Below, in pieces: positions 47,567 to 56,158 of a stretch of DNA of 64,000 nucleotides. Source of the stretch: Candidatus Zixiibacteriota bacterium (GTDB lineage: Bacteria; Zixibacteria; MSB-5A5; GN15; FEB-12); the NCBI GenBank assembly GCA_022571845.1, contig JACZXB010000002.1, positions 43,979 through 107,978 on the forward strand. The letters run 5' to 3'. The notes under the pieces were generated by a model. The model did not search any database, was not told the origin of the DNA, and worked only from the letters and a program-made list of their open reading frames with translations. Position numbers and translations under genes: made by a program. The first letter of the stretch is position 1. Every line of letters begins with the position of its first letter.

Positions 47567-48228
47567 TGCCAAAGACTATAATTTTTGATTTAGACGGCAC
47601 CCTGATAGACTCAGCCGATGGAATTGTTGAGGCATTCAATTATGCCATGACCCAAAACGGTCTGCAGAGACAACCTGCGGCAGAAATCAAAAAACATATT
47701 GGTTACTCTCTAGAGCATATGTTCGGTCAGTATACTAACTCGAATTCGGAATTACTGAAATCTTACTTTCGTGCCAGGGCCGTTCAAACAGTTGTGAAAT
47801 CCACTAACCCGCTCGAAGGTGCAAGTGAAACCGTTGCCTCACTTTTTGAAAGCGGCTATAAATTAGGTATTGCCACCACAAAAATCCGAAGTCACATTGA
47901 TGGCATATTAAATAAGCTTGGCTGGGGAAAATATTTTTGCCAGGTAATAGGAGGAGACAAAGTCACTAATATTAAACCGGACCCGGAGCAATTTTCCTCA
48001 CTAATGGCTCTGATGAAAGCCGACCCCGAAAATACAGTAATTGTCGGAGATACTATAAACGATATTTTGCCTGCCAGGAAACTGTCTGTCAGGAACGTGG
48101 CGGTAAAATCCCCCTATGGTGATTCAAAAGAAGTGATAAATTTAAACCCTGATTTTTTCATAGAAGAGATATCCCACTTACCGCGGATAATAAACAAGAT
48201 GTTTGAAAATGAAAACTCAATTCAATAA
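47566..48228 (+). CDS. HAD-superfamily hydrolase (phosphoglycolate phosphatase-like, subfamily IA)
   Basis: Motif I IIFDLDGTLIDS, motif II GIATTK, motif IV VGDTINDI. Confidence 0.75.
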   Translation: MPKTIIFDLDGTLIDSADGIVEAFNYAMTQNGLQRQPAAEIKKHIGYSLEHMFGQYTNSNSELLKSYFRARAVQTVVKSTNPLEGASETVASLFESGYKLGIATTKIRSHIDGILNKLGWGKYFCQVIGGDKVTNIKPDPEQFSSLMALMKADPENTVIVGDTINDILPARKLSVRNVAVKSPYGDSKEVINLNPDFFIEEISHLPRIINKMFENENSIQ

Positions 48229-48727
48229 AAAACTTTTTGTCCATAATTTTAAGACAAAGTTGGGGGAGTTCCGAACCGCTGCTACCGAGAGCAAGCTGGT
48301 CTTAATTTCTATGCCGGGTGAATCTATCTCATACTTTGATGACAAGATTGTAGAAAAGCTTGGCGGGTTAGTTGTCGAACAGGGAGGCAAGCTGAACATG
48401 CAAACCGAAAGAGAGATAAAAGCTTATCTTGCAGGAAAGCTCAAAAAATTTACAATTGATTTTGAAATCGACGCTTCGCTGTTCCAGAAAAAGGTATTGA
48501 AATTCGTCTCAACAATTCCCTATGGCAAGACATTTTCTTACGGAGAGATTGCCTTGAAACTCGGCAATCCCCGTGCCTCAAGGGCTGTCGGCACTGCCAA
48601 TGCCCGAAACAATTTACCTTTGATAATACCCTGTCACAGAGTTGTATCTGCTAACGGACTGGGTGGTTATGGGGGAGGCTTACCGCTAAAGATAAAGCTC
48701 TTACGGCATGAAGGAGTCCAGATCTAA
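48203..48727 (+). CDS. ogt: Methylated-DNA--protein-cysteine methyltransferase
   Basis: Active-site IPCHRVVSANG and TIPYGKTFSYGEIA helix-turn-helix region. Confidence 0.85.
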   Translation: MKMKTQFNKKLFVHNFKTKLGEFRTAATESKLVLISMPGESISYFDDKIVEKLGGLVVEQGGKLNMQTEREIKAYLAGKLKKFTIDFEIDASLFQKKVLKFVSTIPYGKTFSYGEIALKLGNPRASRAVGTANARNNLPLIIPCHRVVSANGLGGYGGGLPLKIKLLRHEGVQI

Positions 48728-48730
48728 CCC

Positions 48731-48928
48731 CTAGGGTGTAGGCGGAGCGGGGCCGCCTCTGTATATGAAATCAACCAGATATGTAATATCTTTGGTATCA
48801 ATTTTATAATCAAAGTTCATATCCAAAGACTGCACGGTTACTGAGCCGGGACCTCCCCGCCAAATAAAATCTATTAAAAAAACCAGATCCAAAACAGATA
48901 TTTTGTTATCGTAGTTGGCATCCCCTCT
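48731..48928 (-). other. C-terminal tandem dockerin-like module (copy F, divergent, Cys-less)
   Basis: IIRGDANYDNKISVLDLVFLIDFIWRGGPGSVTVQSLDMNFDYKIDTKDITYLVDFIYRGGPAPPTP, then stop. Confidence 0.7.
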
Positions 48929-51103
48929 GATAATCTCTTTAGAACTTATTGAACCGACAAATACTATCGGAGTGTAGCTTGTCGAAGCTGTTGTTAGCTG
49001 CAGTTTGTTACTCAAGAACGAGGTCGTATCGATAGTTGCACCGATTCCTCCGAGAGCCAAACTGTCTATGGTCAGGTGAATTCTGAGAATGTCACCTTTT
49101 CCCGGAGCCAGAGGCGGCGAGCCTCCGCCATAATCAGCTATCAATATGAATCCATAACGGTTATTGTTAACATCGATTCCGGCTAAACTAACTTTTTCAA
49201 AGTAGCTAGTACGGCTGCCAAGGCTGACTGAATCAAATCTGAAATCAGAAGAACTGCCATACTTAAATGGTATTAAGAGCGAAGTAAGCAACTGAGTGTT
49301 GATTAGTTCAACATTGATTACCAACTTTTCTCCGGCGAAAGCCGAATCGGTCCCAATCGTCAAGGTATCACCATATAGCGTAATCAGACCTAATTGTTGA
49401 TTATCAATGTATCCGTAGCTAGTCAGAGTAGTCAAGGTGACGTCATAAGTTCCCGGGTTTATGTATTCATAGCTTGGGTTTTCCAATTGAGAGCTGCCGC
49501 CGTCACCAAAATCCCAGTTGTACTGAAATACCGGCAATGAAGAGTTTGACGTAAACTGAACTGTCAGAGGAACATTTCCTACTGACGGCTCAACTGAAAA
49601 TTCTGCTCCCCAGGTTAAAGCTTCAAGGAGATCAATTACTCCCCAGCCGTAGGTGTTGTTAGCTGAATCAGCATTATTCGCAGTTTCAAGCAGAGCTTGC
49701 CTGATAATTTCTGGCGGCATATTCGGTCTGGCCTGAACCAAAAGACATGCAGCCCCTGCTATGAGAGGAGTGGAAAGGGACGTTCCGCTGACACTCGTGT
49801 AGCTGCTGTCAGAATTTGCCGAGCCTGACCAGACATTCCTGCCTCTGGCGCAAACTTCGGGCTTGATTCGTCCGTCAAAAGTTGGTCCCCGCGAGGAAAA
49901 ACTTTCAATTAGACCGGCGCTGTTCACTGCTCCTACTGATAGAATGTTGTGAGCGTCAGCCGGCGCTATTAGTGTTCCTTCACCAGGTCCCATATTCCCC
50001 ATTGCGTTGCAGACTACAATACCCATAAAGGTAGCAATATTTGCAGCTATTGTGATGAGCGCTGTCTCACCATCCAAATCTGAATAAAAGTACCAGTCAA
50101 TATATCCAACAGATGAAGTCAAAACATCGGCCCCGAGTGAATCAGCCCATTCGGCTGCGGCTACCCAGTTATCTTCTTCGACCTGATTCTCAAACCTGAT
50201 ATCTTCAGTCTTGGCCAGGAGAAAATTTGCCCTGAAGGCCGGTCCGTAGAGAGTACCATCGACCTGTCCGCCGGCAGCAGACCAGATGTAAGTACCGTGG
50301 TTCCATTGGTCTGGATCGTCTATTGCCTCGTTGGCTGTATTAGTATCTCCAAAGACAAAATCGTACTCTGCCAACAAACGGCCATCGGCATAATGAGCCG
50401 CAAACGCATCGTGGGATTTTCTAAAACCTGTATCAAGTATTGCAAGTGTCACACCTTCGCCGCGGTAGCCTCTTTGATGTACAGCAATTACATTTATCTG
50501 CTTCAATTGAAAGGCAGAGTTGCCATAGTTAATTGCATCCGCGCTTTGGGCTTGAAAGAAATATTTCTGGGGCTTTATTTTCTCGACTTTTACAGGTGAT
50601 CTTTTATAAATTGCAATCGGCTCAATTGAAGAAATAAAAGGCAGCTGCATGACTTGAGCGAGTGTCTCGATGGAAACCTCAAAACTGGCGGCGTTTAGCC
50701 ATTTGGAACTTCGTCTATGCCTTGCCCCAAGTCTCTTGACTTGTTCTATATAATTTTGATAAACCGGCAAATCGGCAAAAACAATTCTCTCAAGCCCTGT
50801 TTTCTTACGCCTCGTTAACTGTTTCTCGCTCAAAAATGTTGAGCTGGCAGCTCTCTCAAATTCTTTGGAACTGAATAGCCCTTTGTCTGTGAAAAATAGC
50901 CAGATTCTCAGTTTCTCGCCGTCTCTTTCCAAGAGAAAATCTCTGGCTAACTCGGTAATCAGAGGATTCTTTACGCCGATTTGCACAGAAGTTGATTTTA
51001 AGTATTCGGTTCGAAAAACCGAGGCGGATTTTTCTACTGGTTTGGCGATGGAGAAAAGAAGTAAAGTGAGAGAAAGGATCTTTAAAAAAGTTCTGAAATA
51101 CAT
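48731..51103 (-). CDS. Secreted S8 subtilisin-like protease + PKD domain + cohesin-like module + C-terminal tandem dockerin-like module
   Basis: Triad contexts LAILDTGF, WNHGTYIWSAAGG, SGTSLSTPLIAGAA. PKD PLTVQFTSN...WDFGDGGSS...NPSYEYINPGTYDVTLT. Signal peptide present. Confidence 0.85.
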   Translation of the reverse strand: MYFRTFLKILSLTLLLFSIAKPVEKSASVFRTEYLKSTSVQIGVKNPLITELARDFLLERDGEKLRIWLFFTDKGLFSSKEFERAASSTFLSEKQLTRRKKTGLERIVFADLPVYQNYIEQVKRLGARHRRSSKWLNAASFEVSIETLAQVMQLPFISSIEPIAIYKRSPVKVEKIKPQKYFFQAQSADAINYGNSAFQLKQINVIAVHQRGYRGEGVTLAILDTGFRKSHDAFAAHYADGRLLAEYDFVFGDTNTANEAIDDPDQWNHGTYIWSAAGGQVDGTLYGPAFRANFLLAKTEDIRFENQVEEDNWVAAAEWADSLGADVLTSSVGYIDWYFYSDLDGETALITIAANIATFMGIVVCNAMGNMGPGEGTLIAPADAHNILSVGAVNSAGLIESFSSRGPTFDGRIKPEVCARGRNVWSGSANSDSSYTSVSGTSLSTPLIAGAACLLVQARPNMPPEIIRQALLETANNADSANNTYGWGVIDLLEALTWGAEFSVEPSVGNVPLTVQFTSNSSLPVFQYNWDFGDGGSSQLENPSYEYINPGTYDVTLTTLTSYGYIDNQQLGLITLYGDTLTIGTDSAFAGEKLVINVELINTQLLTSLLIPFKYGSSSDFRFDSVSLGSRTSYFEKVSLAGIDVNNNRYGFILIADYGGGSPPLAPGKGDILRIHLTIDSLALGGIGATIDTTSFLSNKLQLTTASTSYTPIVFVGSISSKEIIRGDANYDNKISVLDLVFLIDFIWRGGPGSVTVQSLDMNFDYKIDTKDITYLVDFIYRGGPAPPTP
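48944..49375 (-). other. Cohesin-like beta-sandwich module (aa ~577-720)
   Basis: GDTLTIGTDSAFAGEKLVINVELINTQLLTSLLIPFKYGSSSDFRFDSVSLGSRTSYFEKVSLAGIDVNNNRYGFILIADYGGGSPPLAPGKGDILRIHLTIDSLALGG follows the cohesin consensus pattern as I remember it. No HMM was run. Confidence 0.45.
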
Positions 51104-51403
51104 TTATGATCCTTTATTTTACAACCCGAAATAACAACTTAGCAAGCTGAATAGAGCCACAAAAACCAAAGTTACTGCTGATTTTTCATTTGTCAACAGA
51201 AGTAGTTCTCTTCCCATCAGTATTGGACATTTCCTATAGTCTGCAACCAGCTTGGCGCAGTATTTGTTTCAGCGGAACCTACTTTCTGGCATTCAGTTAT
51301 ATGGTTTTTGACGGGTTCGGCAGCTTATTTGATTCTACTTGAAACGTAAGAGCTATTCTCGGTCAAAAGATACAGGCCGAATAATAAGAACGGACGGATT
51401 AAG

Positions 51404-51910
51404 ATGATGTTATCCAAAAGAATTAAGTCAAGAAGTGGTATGACCATAATGGAACTAATGATAACAGTTGCTATAGTCGGTATTGTTGCAGCCATGGCGG
51501 TTCCCCGATTCCAGATAGGTTATGAAAGAATCAAGTTTCGAGCGGCCACTAGGGAGATAACTTCCCAGATAAGACTGGCACGGTCATATGCTGTGAGCAC
51601 CAAGAACCAGCACGGGGTGTACTTCGACCCGGCTACATTATCTTATACCCTCTTTAAGGATTTGGTAAATACCGGGGCCATGCAATATGATGTCGGAGAT
51701 TCTATAATTAGCCTGAAAACACTGCCTGGAGTATTTAACTTTTTAGCAACCGACGACATAAATAATTCGATAGTATTCAGATCAAACGGTTCAACTTCAG
51801 GTACTGTAAATGTGATTACTATGGCTTCTACACCGGACATCATAGGAATTCATCAGCATACTATTCTGGCAGCTACCGGAAGAATAGAAACTATTTCGTC
51901 GTATTACTAA
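51404..51910 (+). CDS. Type IV pilin-like protein, GspH/FimT family (minor pilin)
   Basis: Prepilin motif RSG/MTIMELMITVAIVGIVAAMAVPRF with Glu at +5. GspH-like REITSQIRLARSYAVS. Confidence 0.8.
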   Translation: MMLSKRIKSRSGMTIMELMITVAIVGIVAAMAVPRFQIGYERIKFRAATREITSQIRLARSYAVSTKNQHGVYFDPATLSYTLFKDLVNTGAMQYDVGDSIISLKTLPGVFNFLATDDINNSIVFRSNGSTSGTVNVITMASTPDIIGIHQHTILAATGRIETISSYY

Positions 51911-51956
51911 GTGTGCAGGATTTGAACAAAAGTTTCAAATAGAAACAGATTTACTT

Positions 51957-51982
51957 ACCCCCGGCTGAAACCGGGGGTTTTT
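51957..51982 (+). terminator. Rho-independent terminator
   Basis: Stem cccccgg / ccggggg with loop ctgaaa, followed by ttttt. Confidence 0.7.
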
Positions 51983-52217
51983 AATAATAATTAATAAAAA
52001 CTTTCGATTTATGATAAATAGAGTAAAGACGCATTCAGGCAAATCCGATAATTAGTTTATCCGTAGGAATATTTTGCTGCAGAAATATACAAGTTAGATG
52101 GAGCAATTATTGGTGAGCTTGGCAAAAAAGTTAACTAACAAGGCATTTTGTCGATAAGATAAAAGTCTGTATACCGGATACCGGGAAAAAACAAATAAGG
52201 GAAGCGAAGAGCACTAT

Positions 52218-53267
52218 ATGTTTTCAAGTGGAAGTAAATCAACTGTAGGTCTGGATATCGGGGCTAATTCAGTTAAGCTGGTCAAACTTGACCATACCAA
52301 AGACGGCTATGCTGTCGCCGCTATTGGAATCAGAGAGTTTCCTCCCGAGGCGATAGTTGCCGATGAAATAAGAGACCGGGAAGCTGTTATATTCAATATT
52401 CAGTCACTTATTGATCAGACTGACCCCAAAATAAAAAATGTAGTAGTTTCACTCTCAGGTCACGGTGTAATAACTGACCGCTTCACTATTGATAAGAAAA
52501 CCGGCGCAGAAGCCGAGCAGGCGATTTTGTTCGAAACAGAACAACGGGCGCCATTTGATATAGATGATGTCTCTTTGGATTACCACATCATCAGCACAAA
52601 CGACGAAGAAAATAAGATGGATGTCTTATTGGTAGCGGCCAGACGCGAGTATCTGGCCATGTTCCTGGAACTGATTCAGGATTGCGGGCTCAATCCTGTT
52701 ATTGTCGATGATGACTCCCTGGCTATCTATAATTCATATATCAACAATTACGATGTAGACCCGACCAGAACTACAGCTCTGGTCAATATTGGCCATGACG
52801 TTACCAACATTACTTATATTGTAGATGGACAATACCAGTCAACCCGCGACGTTTCCTCGGGAACCCGTGATGTCTATGACGCCATTCAAAAGGAATTCCG
52901 GCTCAATCCGGAGCTTACCAATAAAGCTATTAAGGGTGAAATGCAGGATTCTGTTGATCAGGACATGCTCAAAGCCACTATTATAGCAGCGACCGATGAA
53001 TTGATTTCAGGAATCGAGCTGGCCTTTTCATACTTTAAGTCTCAAGCCAAAATTGATAATGTGGAATGGCTGGTTTTGTCCGGTGGTGGAGCGCTGATAC
53101 CTTATCTGCCTGAATTTTTACAGTCCAAATTGGGCGTCCCGTTAGAGATTGCTAATCCTCTGAGAAATGTAGACTACGACCCCGAACTGTTCCAGTATCT
53201 GCAGCCGGAAAAAATTGCGCCGCTTCTTTCAGTTCCAGTAGGTCTGGCCATGAGGAAGACTAAGTAG
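52218..53267 (+). CDS. pilM: Type IV pilus assembly protein PilM (actin-like ATPase fold)
   Basis: 349 aa. N-terminal VGLDIGANSVKLVKL, DVLLVAARRE, IVDDDSLA, LSGGGALIP. First gene of the pilMNOPQ order. Confidence 0.85.
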   Translation: MFSSGSKSTVGLDIGANSVKLVKLDHTKDGYAVAAIGIREFPPEAIVADEIRDREAVIFNIQSLIDQTDPKIKNVVVSLSGHGVITDRFTIDKKTGAEAEQAILFETEQRAPFDIDDVSLDYHIISTNDEENKMDVLLVAARREYLAMFLELIQDCGLNPVIVDDDSLAIYNSYINNYDVDPTRTTALVNIGHDVTNITYIVDGQYQSTRDVSSGTRDVYDAIQKEFRLNPELTNKAIKGEMQDSVDQDMLKATIIAATDELISGIELAFSYFKSQAKIDNVEWLVLSGGGALIPYLPEFLQSKLGVPLEIANPLRNVDYDPELFQYLQPEKIAPLLSVPVGLAMRKTK

Positions 53268-53274
53268 GCATACC

Positions 53275-54006
53275 ATGATGATAGAAATAAATTTACTACC
53301 AAAAGAATATCAAAAGAAAAGGTTTAACCTTTCTTTCGGAAAAGCCGGAGCATACGCAGCTTTTGGTGTCATTGGAATCCTGGTGATGCTGGCCGGGGTG
53401 ACATTCTATCAGATGCAGCAAGTAGCAAGCCTTGATGCCAGAATCAAAATCGCCAACAAGCGCGCTGCCATGCTCAAAAAAGATATCAAAATTGTCGATG
53501 CTCTGATTGATGTTAAGAACAAAGTAAAACAGCGCATGGCGGCAGTAGAAAAATTAGACAGCCATCGCTCAACTTGGGTTAGAATCTTAAACGATTTTGC
53601 AAAGATCGTACCGGATTTTGTCTGGCTCGGGCAAATTGAAGAAGTAACACAGAAAAAAGATGACAAGAAAAAGGGAGCGAGGGCCACTCAAAATAAGGCG
53701 ACAGCGGAACCTGCAATAGCTAAGGGTGGCCTGCCAACTGTAAGACCTGTCAAAATTGAAGGATACGCTTTTACATTGAATGCTCTGGCTTCGTTTATGA
53801 TTAAGATGATGCGCTCTGATTACTTTGATGAAGTGGAATTGACTTCTACTTCCGAAGTGACCTTTGAAAATCACAAAGCTCACAACTTCGTGATTAATGC
53901 AAATTTACATTATCTCTCAGACGATGAGATGCGTCAGTTGATAGCCAGTGCTTTAGGAACAGACAAGGGAAGTTCACGAAAAACCAGCCATAAAAAGCTG
54001 AATTAA
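53275..54006 (+). CDS. pilN: Type IV pilus assembly protein PilN
   Basis: INLLPKEYQKKR start motif, a single TM helix, then a coiled-coil. Position follows pilM. Confidence 0.75.
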   Translation: MMIEINLLPKEYQKKRFNLSFGKAGAYAAFGVIGILVMLAGVTFYQMQQVASLDARIKIANKRAAMLKKDIKIVDALIDVKNKVKQRMAAVEKLDSHRSTWVRILNDFAKIVPDFVWLGQIEEVTQKKDDKKKGARATQNKATAEPAIAKGGLPTVRPVKIEGYAFTLNALASFMIKMMRSDYFDEVELTSTSEVTFENHKAHNFVINANLHYLSDDEMRQLIASALGTDKGSSRKTSHKKLN

Positions 54007-54020
54007 GAAGAGACTATGTA

Positions 54021-54638
54021 ATGGACTTCAAAGACCCAAAAAATCAAAAGTTAATTCTCGGGGCGGTTGCGTTCTTGGTAGTCGTTTATTTCTGGTATAT
54101 CAAGGTTTATGAAAATTATGACGCCCAAATAAGCAACAAGACTCAGCAATTCGAAACAGTTACTACAAATCTGCGCAATGTTGAAATGAAAGCAAAATCT
54201 CTGGATGCTTTGCAGATTGAGTATGAAGATTTAGTAAAGCGCTACGACCAGATCGAGTCTCTTCTGCCGGAGGTGAAGCAGATTCCTTCATTGCTGGTGC
54301 AGCTGCATACCGCTTCATCTATAACCGGCACTACAATCAAAAAGATTAAGCCTATTCCGATTGAGCCGGAAGAATTTTACAACGTCACTGCCTTTGAGAT
54401 CGAGATGGTCGGCGGGTTTCATGATTTTGCAGTTTTCATGAGCTATGTGGCCAACTTTCCCTTTATTGCCAACGTTTCAGGTGTCAAGATTACTGCCAAA
54501 AACGTGGCAATATCCAGTAAGGCGCAAAAAGACGGACTACAAAATCTTTCAAAGAAAAAAGAAACCATAACTGCAGTCTTTACACTGTCAACATATTTTG
54601 TACAGGAATCGGAACGACTCCACGAATTGGAAATATAG
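54021..54638 (+). CDS. pilO: Type IV pilus assembly protein PilO
   Basis: 205 aa. N-terminal TM helix, coiled-coil, ferredoxin-like C-domain (LPEVKQIPSLLVQL...). Position fits the gene order. Confidence 0.7.
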   Translation: MDFKDPKNQKLILGAVAFLVVVYFWYIKVYENYDAQISNKTQQFETVTTNLRNVEMKAKSLDALQIEYEDLVKRYDQIESLLPEVKQIPSLLVQLHTASSITGTTIKKIKPIPIEPEEFYNVTAFEIEMVGGFHDFAVFMSYVANFPFIANVSGVKITAKNVAISSKAQKDGLQNLSKKKETITAVFTLSTYFVQESERLHELEI

Positions 54639-54651
54639 TTTGAGGGAACTA

Positions 54652-56139
54652 ATGAGGAGCTTTTTTACAATATTTTTCGCTGCCACTTTGCTGGCAGCCG
54701 GTTCAGCATATTCGTCAAAAGTGATAAATATCAAGCTGGATCATATCGAGGGCTTTACTGTTACCAATATAAGTGTCGATGGTCCGGTGCGCTTCACTCA
54801 TCAAACAGAAATTGCAAAAGATGGCAGACCGTTCAGAATAATTGTAGATATTCTTTCTGCCACGCATAATCTGAGCGCTAAGACATTTGAAAATCTGCCA
54901 GATTGTCGCGTTACCGGAATCCGCAGCAGCCAGTTCTCGGTTAAGCCTGAAAAAATTGTTCGTATTGTATTAGACATGAAAGGCGAATCGACCTATAGAA
55001 TAGAGTCTCGCAATAATTCTGTATTTTTGTTTGTTCACGATAAAGACAGTAAACCGTTTGCAACCTGGTCATCAGATTCATACAAGAAGTCTGCTCCGGC
55101 CAAGAAGCCGGCTGTTGCAGCAAAGCCTTCGTCTGCTAAAGAAAAGCCAGACAAGAGTTCATTTGAAAAAATTGCATCTATTAATAAAGCTCTTGATGAC
55201 GACCGCAAATCAAGCCTCGAATCAGCGGAATCAAAACCGTTTATTTATCCCAGGAGAGAGCCGAGCTCTGCTAAAATACCTAGCTCCGAAATTTCTGTCC
55301 CCAAAGTAAAGCAGCCCTCGACAACAAAGAAAATGTATTCTCCTGTAATTGATGATGCGCCGCAGGCAAAGACGTCTACCCAAAATTTGGCTGCCGCTAA
55401 CAAGAAGCCTGTGACAAAAAAATTAGCAGCTAAGCCATCATCGCTAACAAAGCCCACTGGTAACTCAGTTCCTTCTACAAAAAAGGAAACGATAAAAACA
55501 GCTAAAGTTACGAGAAAACCATCTACGGCAGTTTCAAAGCCAGCTCAGTCAAAACCGACTCAGGCAAAGCAGTTTAAGTCCAAAACCGGATCAAAACTGA
55601 AAAAAACCGGTCTGCCGCTAAGCCCCAATAAGGCAAAAGCTGGCAAGCTGGCAAAAAATACGAATGTCAAGAAATCATCTGCTAATAAAAAGAAAAGCAA
55701 CAAGCCAGCTACAGTTGCCAAGACTGACAAGAAAGCAACGAAGAGCTCCACTGCCAGATTCCGTCGCAGCCCGGCACAGTCAAGGAAAATCAAAGGGACG
55801 ATGGTTGCAGAATTTCCAAAGCGTCTGGTAATAAAATACAAAGGAAAGCGCTATCGTGACCCGTTTGAGACTCTTATCAATGAGACCAGGATCAGCAACA
55901 GTCTGGTCGAAAAGCGGGTACCGAATGTCGAAGGTCTGAAACTGGTTGGCGTGCTCGAAACAGCCGGTGAAAGTAACAGAGCCTTGTTTGAAGATAAAGA
56001 TGGCTTCGGATATATTCTTAGCGCCGGTGACAAAGTACAAAAAGGCTATGTCCTGAGGGTTGATATGGAGAAAGTATATTTCCAGATATTTGAGTATGGT
56101 TGGAGCCGTACCGTAGCACTGAATATGGATTCTTATTAG
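54652..56139 (+). CDS. AMIN domain + long basic low-complexity linker + PilP-like C-terminal domain (PilP-position protein)
   Basis: Signal peptide MRSFFTIFFAATLLAAGSAYS. AMIN-like aa 42-146 (FRIIVDILSA...VTGIRSSQFS...IVRIVLDMKG). Lys/Pro/Ala/Ser/Thr-rich region aa ~160-400. C-terminal LKLVGVLETAGESNRALFEDKDGFGYILSAGDKV is PilP-like. Confidence 0.7.
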   Translation: MRSFFTIFFAATLLAAGSAYSSKVINIKLDHIEGFTVTNISVDGPVRFTHQTEIAKDGRPFRIIVDILSATHNLSAKTFENLPDCRVTGIRSSQFSVKPEKIVRIVLDMKGESTYRIESRNNSVFLFVHDKDSKPFATWSSDSYKKSAPAKKPAVAAKPSSAKEKPDKSSFEKIASINKALDDDRKSSLESAESKPFIYPRREPSSAKIPSSEISVPKVKQPSTTKKMYSPVIDDAPQAKTSTQNLAAANKKPVTKKLAAKPSSLTKPTGNSVPSTKKETIKTAKVTRKPSTAVSKPAQSKPTQAKQFKSKTGSKLKKTGLPLSPNKAKAGKLAKNTNVKKSSANKKKSNKPATVAKTDKKATKSSTARFRRSPAQSRKIKGTMVAEFPKRLVIKYKGKRYRDPFETLINETRISNSLVEKRVPNVEGLKLVGVLETAGESNRALFEDKDGFGYILSAGDKVQKGYVLRVDMEKVYFQIFEYGWSRTVALNMDSY

Positions 56140-56158
56140 GTAAGGAAGGGATAGACTA

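Noticed and set aside
20999-51103. Classical cellulosome interpretation of the dockerin-like modules
   Set aside because: None of the six tagged proteins contains a recognisable glycoside hydrolase or CBM. Passengers are proteases, propellers, and Ig, PPC and TSP3 modules. A scaffoldin with multiple cohesins is not present in the window.
55075-55797. Nucleotide tandem repeat or CRISPR-like periodicity in the Lys-rich linker region
   Set aside because: It is compositionally biased (AAA/AAG/CCN/GCN codons), but I see no exact repeating unit or spacer structure. No CRISPR array is visible anywhere in the window.
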